Of a DNA stretch of 64,000 nt, positions 27,659 to 37,033 are shown in pieces. The notes beneath the pieces are model-generated. The model saw only the letters and a program-made list of their open reading frames with translations, was not told the DNA's origin and did no database searches. The stretch comes from a virus (lineage: Duplodnaviria; Caudoviricetes). The stretch covers positions 5,260 through 69,259 of IMG/VR virus record IMGVR_UViG_3300033066_000895; one strand, written 5' to 3'. The stretch's first letter is position 1. The number at the start of each line of letters is the position of its first letter. A program made the translations under genes and the position numbers.

Positions 27659-28162
27659 TTAGTAACCGAATGTCAAACCGAGTGCTTTATCAGATAGCTT
27701 GCCGCTGAATAGATTGACCATTTCCTTTTCATCTTCATCGAGCCGACTGTATTGGATGAGAGTTACAGGTCGAGGATTCAATACATACCAATCTGAAAAC
27801 GTATCTTTTATTAGAAATCGAATTGGTGTCTCTGCTCGTTCATTCAGATTACCGAGGACAGCAACAATCAATCCCCGCTTCACAATATCAGGTGTTCCCG
27901 CGATTGTACCTGAACAGAAGTTCCCGACATATTTTGTTGTCAGCAGTTCTGGGCTATCAGAGAGAGCGTCTTCAATCCCTGATCGAATCTGAGGTTTTAG
28001 TGTGGGAAGAAGTTCATCCCTTAGAACAATCACTGACGGGGGTAGCTGGATGGCTATAGCTGCTCTTTTAGTCCTGTCTGCAAGCTTGATAATCCCGTGA
28101 CAGTTGGCAACAGTATCGAGAAGCAGAATCTCCTCATTACCGGCAATAGATAGTGCCAGCAT
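27659..28162 (-). CDS. CsrA-like N-terminal domain fused to an unknown domain
   Basis: MLALS...EEI...AAIAIQLPPSVIVLRDEL aligns by eye with the CsrA pattern ML.L...GE.I...V.IGI.AP..V...R.E. Confidence 0.5.
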   Translation of the reverse strand: MLALSIAGNEEILLLDTVANCHGIIKLADRTKRAAIAIQLPPSVIVLRDELLPTLKPQIRSGIEDALSDSPELLTTKYVGNFCSGTIAGTPDIVKRGLIVAVLGNLNERAETPIRFLIKDTFSDWYVLNPRPVTLIQYSRLDEDEKEMVNLFSGKLSDKALGLTFGY

Positions 28163-28266
28163 GGTAGTCCTTTCCATAAGGGAAAAAAGAAAAGCCTCTA
28201 CAGTTTTTATGTATAGGAACAACGAACTGTAGAGGCTCAATAAATCAGAACGGACAGACAGAAGGG

Positions 28267-29244
28267 TTACTTGAGATCAGTGGGATCGACATCTTTTGCG
28301 AGGCGTCCATCACTGACTCGTTTCAGATCGACTTTTCCGTTTGTCTTGACGGCAGTAATCGACCATTCGGAAGGCTTTGCTCCCTTGATGCCGTAGAGAA
28401 CCTTAGCACCTTTTTTGAGGGTTGAACCGGACTTTGAAGATGCTGCCGCTGGTTTCTTAGCTCCCTTCTTAGGGGGAGTTTCTTCTTCCTCGTCGGCTTC
28501 TTCTTCAGCGTCTTCTTCGTCCTGATACTCCTCCTCGTCTTCAGACTCCTCTTCTTCTTCGACTTTCTTTTTGGAGGACTTGGTACTACGACGAGCAGGC
28601 TTTTCTTCTTCCTCCTCATCAGCTTCTTCTTCAGCCTCCTCATCAGTCTCTTCTTCGTCGACTTCTTCCTCCTCTACCTTTTTGGACTTCTTGGCGGCCT
28701 TCTTCGTGGGGCGTTCTTCTTCGTCATCATCATCAGATTCTTCGTTATCGCCGTCCTCTTCTTCTTCTGGGTCGAAGATACCAACAATCCAAATCGATGG
28801 CTCATATTGTCCTGTTGGGTCATTCTTAACACGAATGCGGACATGTGGTTGTTCTTCAGCCAACTCATCCATTAAGTCAGTTGGCGATTCGTATTCTTCA
28901 GGATCTTTCTTAAACCGCTGACAATCAGCCGAGAAATCATCAACACGGTCTTGGTGGCTCTTAGTCGACTTCTCACTTGGTGGATTCAGGAAGTGACTCT
29001 TGATTGCTTTCTGACCATCAATATCTTCATCTTCCGATTCGAGGACAATATGGAATTGGAACCAAGGATAGCCGTTTCCTTGCATAACCCCATACATCGT
29101 TTTCTGTAACTGACCAACATAGGTACCGTCTGGAACGTCCAGACCAGTATCTACCTTGTGTTCCTTTGCTTTGGACCAAAGGGTTTTCACCTTTGCGTTC
29201 ATTGCTTTTTGAACTGCTGCTTTGTTTGGATTGGTTTTAGCCAT
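28267..29244 (-). CDS. ssDNA-binding protein-like with long acidic disordered region and small C-terminal beta domain
   Basis: DVPDGTYV...PWFQF..V OB-like pattern; position next to Sak4-like ATPase. Confidence 0.6.
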   Translation of the reverse strand: MAKTNPNKAAVQKAMNAKVKTLWSKAKEHKVDTGLDVPDGTYVGQLQKTMYGVMQGNGYPWFQFHIVLESEDEDIDGQKAIKSHFLNPPSEKSTKSHQDRVDDFSADCQRFKKDPEEYESPTDLMDELAEEQPHVRIRVKNDPTGQYEPSIWIVGIFDPEEEEDGDNEESDDDDEEERPTKKAAKKSKKVEEEEVDEEETDEEAEEEADEEEEEKPARRSTKSSKKKVEEEEESEDEEEYQDEEDAEEEADEEEETPPKKGAKKPAAASSKSGSTLKKGAKVLYGIKGAKPSEWSITAVKTNGKVDLKRVSDGRLAKDVDPTDLK

Positions 29245-29257
29245 TCTCACTGTCCTT

Positions 29258-29683
29258 TTAAGAGTATCGTTTCAACCACACTTTTTTTGAAATACCGGGA
29301 AATTTTCTATTACCAACGACAAGCACCCACTGCTCCCAAGGGGCAACAACAGTCGGAAGTGGAGGTAACAGAAGTCCATTCTGTCTGATGATCTTTACAC
29401 CACGTTCGATAATTGTTGTGTACTTCTTCTTGCTTATTTGTCCTTTCTTGTAGAGTGCTTCGAGACGACCGCGATGGATGAAAGAGTGATCAGCATGACA
29501 AACAGAAATAGTTTCAACATAGGTCATCGTACCCTTCTGATAGTCGATACTGTAACACTCGTGTGCTTCCATCCATTTGTGAAATAAGGCTTTCGACTTG
29601 TGAACACCACAAATAATACAGTGGTAATTTGTCTTCTGTTTAGCTTTAACAGACTCGCGATCCCACCAAGCAGATGACATCAC
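29258..29683 (-). CDS. HNH-like (His-Me finger) protein
   Basis: CIICG...EAHE.Y...SVCHADHSFIH. Confidence 0.55.
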   Translation of the reverse strand: MMSSAWWDRESVKAKQKTNYHCIICGVHKSKALFHKWMEAHECYSIDYQKGTMTYVETISVCHADHSFIHRGRLEALYKKGQISKKKYTTIIERGVKIIRQNGLLLPPLPTVVAPWEQWVLVVGNRKFPGISKKVWLKRYS

Positions 29684-29751
29684 TAATCGGGGGGCAACAC
29701 CATGTAACGGTTGAGGAATCTGCGGATGTAGAATCAGTTCTGGTCTGAGAG

Positions 29752-30687
29752 CTACCGGACAACCTTGCGTTTTGTGGTACTTTTTGATGGCTTTTCCTCC
29801 TGTGGATCAAGTTGACTGATCAGGTCATTCCACATTTCTTTTGGAGAATCATAAGGACCGATTTCGGGTTCAAGACCAAAACGATTCTTGGCGGTATAGG
29901 TCGCACAGTACTCAGTGCCAATGATACGAGTCTCACCACCCTTCGCTTTGTTCTTTCCGAACTTGCTGTTCCCTTCCTTGTTAATCTCGATGTTGTGTTT
30001 CACGAATAGAACAGCATCAGCCCATCGAGAAGTCATCTTCCAGATTGATTGTGCTTTTGGAGGATCAGCAAGATCAGGAGCATACCGATCGTAGTCAGGA
30101 CCATCGGGATTGTTGAACTTCTCAATACGTGAGTGACCAATCAGAGCAACGTTGACACCGATAGCACGAATACGATCCAGACGAGAAATGAACTCAGGCC
30201 AGTACTGTTGGGCTGTCGTAATCGGACCTTGTTGGAAAGCAAGGAAACCTTCCTTCGAGTTCAGATCACCCCCAAAGTTTGCATCTGCACAAGCTTGATA
30301 GGCGAGTCGTTGAATTTCGGAGAGTCCGTCAACAGCCAACCATTTATAGCTGTGGTCTGACTCAGCGAATTCATCAAGAGAATCGAGCGTGTCTTGGAAT
30401 GATTCGACAGGACGCCCGATCGTTACAGATGAAGGTACCAGTCCTCTCTTCTTCAGGATGTTGATTCCGCGTTCTTGAGGACCACAAAGGAAGAAAACGT
30501 TTGGAGCGAATCCGAGAAGGCTAGACTTCCCTACCCCTTCAGGACCATAAATCATTAAGCCTAGACCGTAGTTGTCGGCAACTGATTCTTCATCTTCAAC
30601 TGAGTCGAGCATACTTACCCGATCAGTATTCACTTTACGCTTCGCCTTTGGAGAAGATAGACGACGTTCACGAGATATCGATACCAT
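29752..30687 (-). CDS. Sak4-like (AAA_24) ssDNA-annealing ATPase
   Basis: GPEGVGKS, AVDGLSEIQ, LIGHS, WADAVLF, AKNRFGL. Confidence 0.85.
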   Translation of the reverse strand: MVSISRERRLSSPKAKRKVNTDRVSMLDSVEDEESVADNYGLGLMIYGPEGVGKSSLLGFAPNVFFLCGPQERGINILKKRGLVPSSVTIGRPVESFQDTLDSLDEFAESDHSYKWLAVDGLSEIQRLAYQACADANFGGDLNSKEGFLAFQQGPITTAQQYWPEFISRLDRIRAIGVNVALIGHSRIEKFNNPDGPDYDRYAPDLADPPKAQSIWKMTSRWADAVLFVKHNIEINKEGNSKFGKNKAKGGETRIIGTEYCATYTAKNRFGLEPEIGPYDSPKEMWNDLISQLDPQEEKPSKSTTKRKVVR

Positions 30688-30727
30688 AGCCGGGGTCCTT
30701 TCAGAGACGGGTTGAGGAGAGAACAGA

Positions 30728-30985
30728 TTAACCGTTTTTGATCCAAGACAATTTAGCTTCGAGTTCAGCGATCCGCTTTTCATAATCAGAAGCACGGGTA
30801 GTGAATCCGCTTTTCATAGCCTCGTAAAGCTCGATGTGGTTTTCAAGTTGGTCGATGATCGGTTTGACATCTGAGAATTTGCACCAATCCCCTGTTGGAT
30901 GTGAACTCATACAGGGGTTGCCGAGAGATTCGGTAGTGTCAGGATCGTAACGAGTAATCGATGCGGAGGCAGTGTTAGATGTCAT
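30728..30985 (-). CDS. hypothetical protein
   Basis: GDWCKFSDV motif plus coiled coil. Confidence 0.55.
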   Translation of the reverse strand: MTSNTASASITRYDPDTTESLGNPCMSSHPTGDWCKFSDVKPIIDQLENHIELYEAMKSGFTTRASDYEKRIAELEAKLSWIKNG

Positions 30986-31085
30986 TTGAATTCCATTCAA
31001 AATGAGGTAGGAAGTGGGTCAGTGGGTATCATAGGCAGACCGGCCAAGCCGATGCAAGCCTACATGAAACCCCTTATTTTGTAGA

Positions 31086-32324
31086 CTATTCATCCCAATT
31101 ACGAAATGCTTTACCGGATTTTCTATCCGATTCAGCTTGTCGTGCTTTAATGTCTTCTACCATCTTTTTCGGTGACGCTAGGGATGGGTCATCCAGTTCT
31201 GGAAATACCGTATCTAGTGTTTTCAGTCCGGCACGGTTAGCCCCGTTGCTGATAATGTGCTCGTGGTAGTCTCCGCGTCCACTATTCAACTGAGGATCAT
31301 AGATACCGAACGGGCGGATGAAGTGATGCTTATTGCGTATTCGTTTAGGCACGTAGGAACTAGCACCAGTTTTTTCCCATCCATTCGTCATCCATGGGTC
31401 TAGTGGATTATCCTTGATCGAATCCCACCAATCACATAGCTGTTCAAGTAGTGGGAACAGATAGCGATTGCGGAAGATATTCAGATCGTTGAGAGTGAGT
31501 GATACTCTCCAGCGATGAAAATACTTAGTGGGGTTGTCATGCATATCATCAATAGCACGCTGTTCGAACTCTTTAGGAGTTTCGGATTTCTTCTGTCTCA
31601 TTGGATACTTCCCGCCGAGAGGCCGAAGCATCACATTGTAGAGCACGTCGAGACAGGTCTGACCATCAATCAGTTCCAGACCGTCAAGAACGTGGAGGTA
31701 TGTCATCGTTTGCAGGTCACATTGCAATGATGACGTGATGCCTACCTCATCAACTTCACCTTTGCATTTGTTTTCTTGGAGGGTCGGAATCGGTTTCTTC
31801 TTTCCCTTCATGTTAAACAGTTCATCAAGCTTGCCTCTCAGATCGATTGTTCGACCGGATGGAAGCTTAGTAGCTACACGGAAAACAGACTCTTGGGCGA
31901 TGTAGTCCCGCTTGGAGTCTTCTTGCTTCCAGTGATTGGCATAGATCGAGAACTGAGCAATAGCCATTCTTTCCCAGAAAGCAATCTGCTGTACCGATTC
32001 GGGAAATCGTTCTTTCAGTTTTCTTGCGTATGATTTTATACCTAGATGGGCATTGTTAACACGGTTATTAAAAGCACTGTTTGATTCAGCGAATGCCTCC
32101 AGTCCGGCATGGAACATTGAACCGTATTCCATCGGATGTTTGAATCCTTCATCGGGTCGGAGTCCGAGGACTGTACGAATCCAGAATCGATGACGACAGA
32201 TGATGAAACGGGAGAGGAGGGAGAACGTTACTCCGTCACGGTAGAGGTTCCAGAGGGGTTCTTTCCGTTCCTTGGGGAGTACGGATCGTAGTTTGACTTC
32301 AGACGGCTTGGTGCCTTTTTTCAT
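31086..32324 (-). CDS. PD-(D/E)xK (RecB/Cas4-like) exonuclease
   Basis: TFSLLSRF..CRHRFW, LRGKLDE, ENK, QTMTY. Confidence 0.8.
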   Translation of the reverse strand: MKKGTKPSEVKLRSVLPKERKEPLWNLYRDGVTFSLLSRFIICRHRFWIRTVLGLRPDEGFKHPMEYGSMFHAGLEAFAESNSAFNNRVNNAHLGIKSYARKLKERFPESVQQIAFWERMAIAQFSIYANHWKQEDSKRDYIAQESVFRVATKLPSGRTIDLRGKLDELFNMKGKKKPIPTLQENKCKGEVDEVGITSSLQCDLQTMTYLHVLDGLELIDGQTCLDVLYNVMLRPLGGKYPMRQKKSETPKEFEQRAIDDMHDNPTKYFHRWRVSLTLNDLNIFRNRYLFPLLEQLCDWWDSIKDNPLDPWMTNGWEKTGASSYVPKRIRNKHHFIRPFGIYDPQLNSGRGDYHEHIISNGANRAGLKTLDTVFPELDDPSLASPKKMVEDIKARQAESDRKSGKAFRNWDE

Positions 32325-32335
32325 TTGAATTCCAT

Positions 32336-32569
32336 TCAGTTTGTAGGGTTGTTCGGAAGCATACACCAGAATTCAGGAACATGACCTGAGTCCATCAAAG
32401 CATCATTACCTTCATCATCCCATCGATCATGATATCCTTCTGTAAATTGAGCAACACGGAATATCCATTCGATGGTTACGTATCCGCTTTTACAAGCGAC
32501 AAGAATAAACATGTTTTTAGGAGCGGTAGCAATGGGTTGCCAGCTTATGACAGGCTCATGGAGGATCAT
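32336..32569 (-). CDS. DUF551-like small phage protein
   Basis: WQPIATAPK...ILV...PEFWCMLP. Confidence 0.65.
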   Translation of the reverse strand: MILHEPVISWQPIATAPKNMFILVACKSGYVTIEWIFRVAQFTEGYHDRWDDEGNDALMDSGHVPEFWCMLPNNPTN

Positions 32570-32580
32570 TCGGTTTCCTT

Positions 32581-33204
32581 TCAGAATGATTGTTTAATGA
32601 TCCGCAGGACATCGAGGGTACACTTAGCAACCTCATGTGATTGTGATTCACTGCTCTTTCTCAGTATGTGACTTGGATGAATAATGAATCCGATTTGCTC
32701 GACACTCGGGTAGAGTTTCTTGACCTTTGTGATGCTGTTCGCTCCCGGTAGCATAGCCTTTGCAACCGTGCCGACGCAAACCAGAACTTTAGGGCAGGAA
32801 TTGTGGATACATTCCTTTAAGCGGTTACGGCATGCTTCTGCTTCTTTCTTGGTAGGCGGTCTGTTCTCGGCATCCTTACCGGGAGGATGACAGGCGACAA
32901 TGTTGGTAAAGCCTACGATCGGTTTCCAGTCTAAACCTGATGGGTCGATCCATTCATTGAGAGCGTTGCGGATGATCTTTACGAGGAGTCTACCTGCGGG
33001 GCCAATGAATGGTTTGCCTTTCATGTCTTCGATCCCTCCCGGACCTTCACCGATGAAGAGAATATCGCAATTTAATTTTTGTGTTTTAATTCTGTCGTTT
33101 TTTAATCTCCTGAATAGAACAGTTCTTTTTCGTGTTTCACAGAGTGGACAGAGGGAGCAGAATTGCCAATGGTCAATATGCTCGTTCAGTGTGACTCGGT
33201 TCAT
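32581..33204 (-). CDS. uracil-DNA glycosylase, family 4 (Fe-S)
   Basis: CSLCPL, GEGPG, PFIGPAG, TNIVACHPP, NRPP, EACR, HPS; start MNRVT with GGAG RBS. Confidence 0.9.
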   Translation of the reverse strand: MNRVTLNEHIDHWQFCSLCPLCETRKRTVLFRRLKNDRIKTQKLNCDILFIGEGPGGIEDMKGKPFIGPAGRLLVKIIRNALNEWIDPSGLDWKPIVGFTNIVACHPPGKDAENRPPTKKEAEACRNRLKECIHNSCPKVLVCVGTVAKAMLPGANSITKVKKLYPSVEQIGFIIHPSHILRKSSESQSHEVAKCTLDVLRIIKQSF

Positions 33205-33246
33205 ATTTGTCTCCAGTTTGGAAATGGAATCAGTCGATAATAGAGT

Positions 33247-33276
33247 ATGGTACTTTGTCTGACATAGCCGATACAA
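33247..33276 (-). promoter_or_regulatory. promoter of the replication operon, CGGCT class, with TGTCTGACA in the spacer
   Basis: TTGTAT-18-TACCAT. Confidence 0.5.
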
Positions 33277-33431
33277 GCGTAAAATCGTTACGGTATTGAG
33301 GTTAGAACGATTCGGAATAAATTTCGGAATATTTTTGAGAAAATTCGGTTTTCGCATTGTTTTGTAGGACAAGAACGGTACAATTTGAGACGACGCGGAC
33401 GACAACAAACACACTTTCAGGAGATAGGAAA

Positions 33432-33596
33432 ATGCGACAAACACGATTTTCAGAACTGTCATACGATCAATTCGGTTCAGACTGGCGATTCATTGACAAT
33501 TCTACTGGCTGTGCAATCGGACCTTATTACAAAACGAAAACAGAACTCCTAGCTGATCTTGAACGATTCGCAGTTCAATTTGGATGCGACGCCTAA
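33432..33596 (+). CDS. small hypothetical protein
   Basis: AGGA RBS before MRQTRF. Confidence 0.55.
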   Translation: MRQTRFSELSYDQFGSDWRFIDNSTGCAIGPYYKTKTELLADLERFAVQFGCDA

Positions 33597-33638
33597 TCTG
33601 TTTATCTAAAATCAACCACTCTTCAGAAAGTCAAATCA

Positions 33639-35303
33639 ATGTCAATGTCCTCAATGGTTTCGAAAACGGTTAAGCGATCGGCAAACGTTGCAGCAAGCAA
33701 AGCAGACAAAGCTTTGGTTGATGCTCAGATGAAAAAACTACTCAAGACGGTTTCAGAACCGAAGGTCAAAAAGGATTCCGAGGTTCTCTGCCGCCGTGCT
33801 CCACATTTGATTGTATCGGCTTTCGCTGGATGCGGGAAAACAACGACGATAATTGGAGCGTTAGACATCCTCTATGGCAAGAAGCCTAAGATTACCCCCT
33901 CTGTTCAGCAAAAGGCGGTTTGGGACGTGATTTCACAGGAGAAGCCAAAAACGGTACTGTTCGCCGCATTCAACAAATCGATTGCAACCGAACTTGCCTC
34001 ACGTGTTCCTGATGGTGTTGAAGCAAGGACACTACACGCTTTCGGTTGTAAGATTCTGCGAACTGATCCACGTACCAAATGGTTAGGCAAGCCAAACGAA
34101 TACAAGACGATCAACAGTTTGGAACGTCTGACCGGATCGAAACTGTCCGATATGCGAAGAAACGGTATCCCAGTTTCCGAAGTCGAAACTCTTGTACGAC
34201 TCGCGAAAATGTCCCTGATTGACGTCGACAGTGAGACTATTGTTGATGACATTGAGCGACTCGTGATTGAGCACGCTATGGAGTTAACGGTATCGTTTGA
34301 AACGGTTGCCGGTTATGTGATTGACTGCCTTAAAGACGCATTGCGAGCAAATGACAAAGGACGAATTGCCGAATACGATTTCAGTGACATGATTTGGTTA
34401 CCGATCGTCCTCGACATTGCAATCGACAAAGCCGATTTGATCATGGTCGATGAAGGACAGGATTTGAACAAATGCCAGCAAGAGCTAGCTTGCCGAATGG
34501 CTGATCGTGTTGTGTTGGTTGCGGATCGTAAGCAAGCAATTTATGCTTTCGCTGGTGCTGATTGTCAATCCGTAGACAACATGAAGAAACGTCTTGAAGC
34601 GACCCCGAGAGGTGTTGTGGAACTTCCGTTGTCAGTTACTCGTCGTTGTGGGAAAGCAATCGTTGACGCCGCTAAGACGTTTGTTCCGACGTTTGAGGCT
34701 CATGAAACGAACTGCGATGGAGAAGTCACCTCGATTGACGATCAGGATTTTCTGAGTGTCGTTAATGATGCCGATATGGTCCTGTGTCGCGTTAATGCTC
34801 CACTTGTGTCCTATTGCTTCCGTCTGCTCAAGCAAGAACGGAAAGCACGAATTCAGGGACGTGACATCGGTAAAGGCTTGGTTGATCAAATCAACAAATT
34901 CAAGGCGAAAGACTTGGACGAACTGGTAGACAAGCTGGAAGCATGGAAGGAAAAAGAGGAAGCTAAGTTGCTCAAGAAAAAGTTTGTCAGTGAAGCCGCA
35001 TTGATCGCGTTGAATGACAAGTTCGATTGCATCATGACGTTCATTGACAATTCGGAATCCGTACAAGGTCTGACAAACAAGATTCAGACCGTGTTCTCCG
35101 ATTCTGGTGAAGGCGTTCTCTTCTCGTCTGTCCACAAAGCTAAAGGTCTGGAAGCGAATACGGTGTATCTGCTCCATCCTGAGTTGATGCCTCACAAGAT
35201 GGCAAAAACCGAATGGCAGATGGAGCAAGAAATGAACATCAAGTATATCGCTATTACTCGTGCAATCCGCAAACTGGTCTACATCAAGACGCCTAGCAAG
35301 TAA
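33639..35303 (+). CDS. SF1 UvrD/Rep-like helicase
   Basis: AFAGCGKT, AFNKSIA, VDEGQD, DRKQAIYAFAGA, HKAKGLE, YIAITRA. Confidence 0.92.
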   Translation: MSMSSMVSKTVKRSANVAASKADKALVDAQMKKLLKTVSEPKVKKDSEVLCRRAPHLIVSAFAGCGKTTTIIGALDILYGKKPKITPSVQQKAVWDVISQEKPKTVLFAAFNKSIATELASRVPDGVEARTLHAFGCKILRTDPRTKWLGKPNEYKTINSLERLTGSKLSDMRRNGIPVSEVETLVRLAKMSLIDVDSETIVDDIERLVIEHAMELTVSFETVAGYVIDCLKDALRANDKGRIAEYDFSDMIWLPIVLDIAIDKADLIMVDEGQDLNKCQQELACRMADRVVLVADRKQAIYAFAGADCQSVDNMKKRLEATPRGVVELPLSVTRRCGKAIVDAAKTFVPTFEAHETNCDGEVTSIDDQDFLSVVNDADMVLCRVNAPLVSYCFRLLKQERKARIQGRDIGKGLVDQINKFKAKDLDELVDKLEAWKEKEEAKLLKKKFVSEAALIALNDKFDCIMTFIDNSESVQGLTNKIQTVFSDSGEGVLFSSVHKAKGLEANTVYLLHPELMPHKMAKTEWQMEQEMNIKYIAITRAIRKLVYIKTPSK

Positions 35304-35316
35304 GCAAGTCGACAAC

Positions 35317-35341
35317 AGGCGGGAGAATGTACCTCCCGCCT
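35317..35341 (+). terminator. hairpin after helicase (weak terminator or RNA stabiliser)
   Basis: AGGCGGGAG-7-CTCCCGCCT; poor U tract. Confidence 0.4.
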
Positions 35342-35373
35342 CATTTCCCTCTGATCTATAGAACGGAATTCCA

Positions 35374-36078
35374 ATGAAGCCTACCAAATCAATCAAGTTC
35401 ACTCTTCCACTCCACAAGTCAGCAGATACAGAGTCCACACGATACGCTTTAGGAGCGGTCAAAGTGACTCCCGATAAAGATGGGAAAGTGTTCTGCACAA
35501 CAACGGATACACGAGTCCTATCGATTGTTAGACAGGAAGGAACTGTAGACGAAACTTGTATTGTTCCAGTTTCTCTAGTGCCGAATAAACCGGGAGAAAT
35601 GAAATGCACTAATCCAGAAGATTATCCGACTGTGACATCAGACGACAAGACATGGGAACGGCGAGCGGTTACAAAAGGATCGGTGTCGACGACATCAAAA
35701 CCATTACAGGAAGGAATGTTTCCGAGGACGCATGACATCATTGGAATTGCTCCCGATGATTCGATAACACTGGCAATTGACCCGCAGTTACTTCTTAATC
35801 TTGCTCAGTCAATGGGAATTGGAGTTGATGAAGAACGGAAGACAATCACTCTGATCATTCCGGCACCAGATAAGCACAATGAAATCACTGACCCCGTTAT
35901 GGTTCACCATGCTTCTGGTTCGATCGGTATGATTATGCCATGTGCAATGACGACACCGGGAGCCGGAAAGTTGAACTACTCTGGAAGTCAACGGATCAAA
36001 GAGTACAACGAAACGGCTGAGGCATACAAGCAAGCTACCACGAAGTACCCACAGCCAAAACCAGAAATCAAAAAGTAA
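35374..36078 (+). CDS. DNA polymerase III beta-clamp-like protein
   Basis: TRYALGAV, TTDTRVL, GMFP...II, AIDPQLL, GMIMP pattern of clamp domains. Confidence 0.6.
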   Translation: MKPTKSIKFTLPLHKSADTESTRYALGAVKVTPDKDGKVFCTTTDTRVLSIVRQEGTVDETCIVPVSLVPNKPGEMKCTNPEDYPTVTSDDKTWERRAVTKGSVSTTSKPLQEGMFPRTHDIIGIAPDDSITLAIDPQLLLNLAQSMGIGVDEERKTITLIIPAPDKHNEITDPVMVHHASGSIGMIMPCAMTTPGAGKLNYSGSQRIKEYNETAEAYKQATTKYPQPKPEIKK

Positions 36079-36125
36079 GCTTCGCTTCTGGAAGAGAAAT
36101 ACTAACCCCGTTTTGAGAGGTAACT

Positions 36126-36464
36126 ATGTCTGGTGAATTCATGGCGAGGATTTTCCTCGTCGATAATGATGTCGAATCAGTTGTAACGTTCTCTTATGAG
36201 CTTGAACCTGACATTATGGACTGTAGAACTGTTGAAAATTGGGCAAATGATCATATTTGTGAATCGTACAAATGTGACCAAATCAAAGAACTGTTTTCTA
36301 TCCCAAAAGGTGAACCCGGTGTGTGGCAGATTATTTTCAAAGGACGAATGGAAGCGGTCTGTTTGGACACAGCATATGGATATGAATGGGAGTCAGAAAT
36401 GCATATTGACGAAAGTCAACGAATAAAGATGGCTGATTCATGGCGTGAACGGTTTGGGAGGTGA
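36126..36464 (+). CDS. hypothetical protein
   Basis: GAGG RBS. Confidence 0.6.
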   Translation: MSGEFMARIFLVDNDVESVVTFSYELEPDIMDCRTVENWANDHICESYKCDQIKELFSIPKGEPGVWQIIFKGRMEAVCLDTAYGYEWESEMHIDESQRIKMADSWRERFGR

Positions 36465-36467
36465 CCG

Positions 36468-36680
36468 ATGATTCATGAAATCGTATGGAAGAAAGCACTT
36501 GATGGCTACGTGTCTCTAGATGGTGTTTGGAAAATACGCGGCCCCTTATTTGGTAAACGGATTTTTTGGATATACAAAAACGGTCAGCGGTTCTGCGAAA
36601 CAGAAAAGTACGATTCAGCAGTCAGCAAGCCTAGTCTAAATCAGGCTAAAAAATACGTTCAGTCAATTGCTCAGAAATGA
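36468..36680 (+). CDS. hypothetical protein
   Basis: GGAGG RBS. Confidence 0.6.
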   Translation: MIHEIVWKKALDGYVSLDGVWKIRGPLFGKRIFWIYKNGQRFCETEKYDSAVSKPSLNQAKKYVQSIAQK

Positions 36681-36931
36681 TTTTAATTGAAACGAAAGGA
36701 ATTAGTTCAATGGTCAGAATCGTGTCGACTGCTTGTGTACCGTCTGGAATGATGTCAAGAGACCTGTATTCTCCTCATGTGGCATCAATGTCGATTGCGG
36801 AGGCGAGACAGGCAGAAATCGACGCTCAGGAGCGAAAGAGAATGCAGAGGAGACAACGGTATCAGAAAGAACGACAGAAACAGAAAGGAACGACATTTTT
36901 CAAAAAAATCACGAATTCAGAATCAGACTGA
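36677..36931 (+). CDS. hypothetical basic protein
   Basis: ATGA overlap. Confidence 0.45.
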   Translation: MILIETKGISSMVRIVSTACVPSGMMSRDLYSPHVASMSIAEARQAEIDAQERKRMQRRQRYQKERQKQKGTTFFKKITNSESD

Positions 36932-37033
36932 TTGAATTGCTTCACGTCGATTGGTAATGTGAACGATGAAGACTCTGAGGTGTTCAACGTCGAACACCTC
37001 CCATCTCAGAAGACTCTCTAGGAAAGTGCTACG

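Noticed and set aside
31086-32324. Cas4 of a CRISPR system
   Set aside because: No array or other cas genes; context with Sak4-like and SSB-like genes indicates a recombination exonuclease
32581-33204. Uracil-substituted genome
   Set aside because: The phage encodes ThyX and an apparently intact UDG, which argues for thymine DNA
34632-35609. 325-aa minus-strand ORF (also 2552-3091+, 22131-22739+, 56929-57525+)
   Set aside because: Antisense shadows of well-supported genes with biased codons; no motifs
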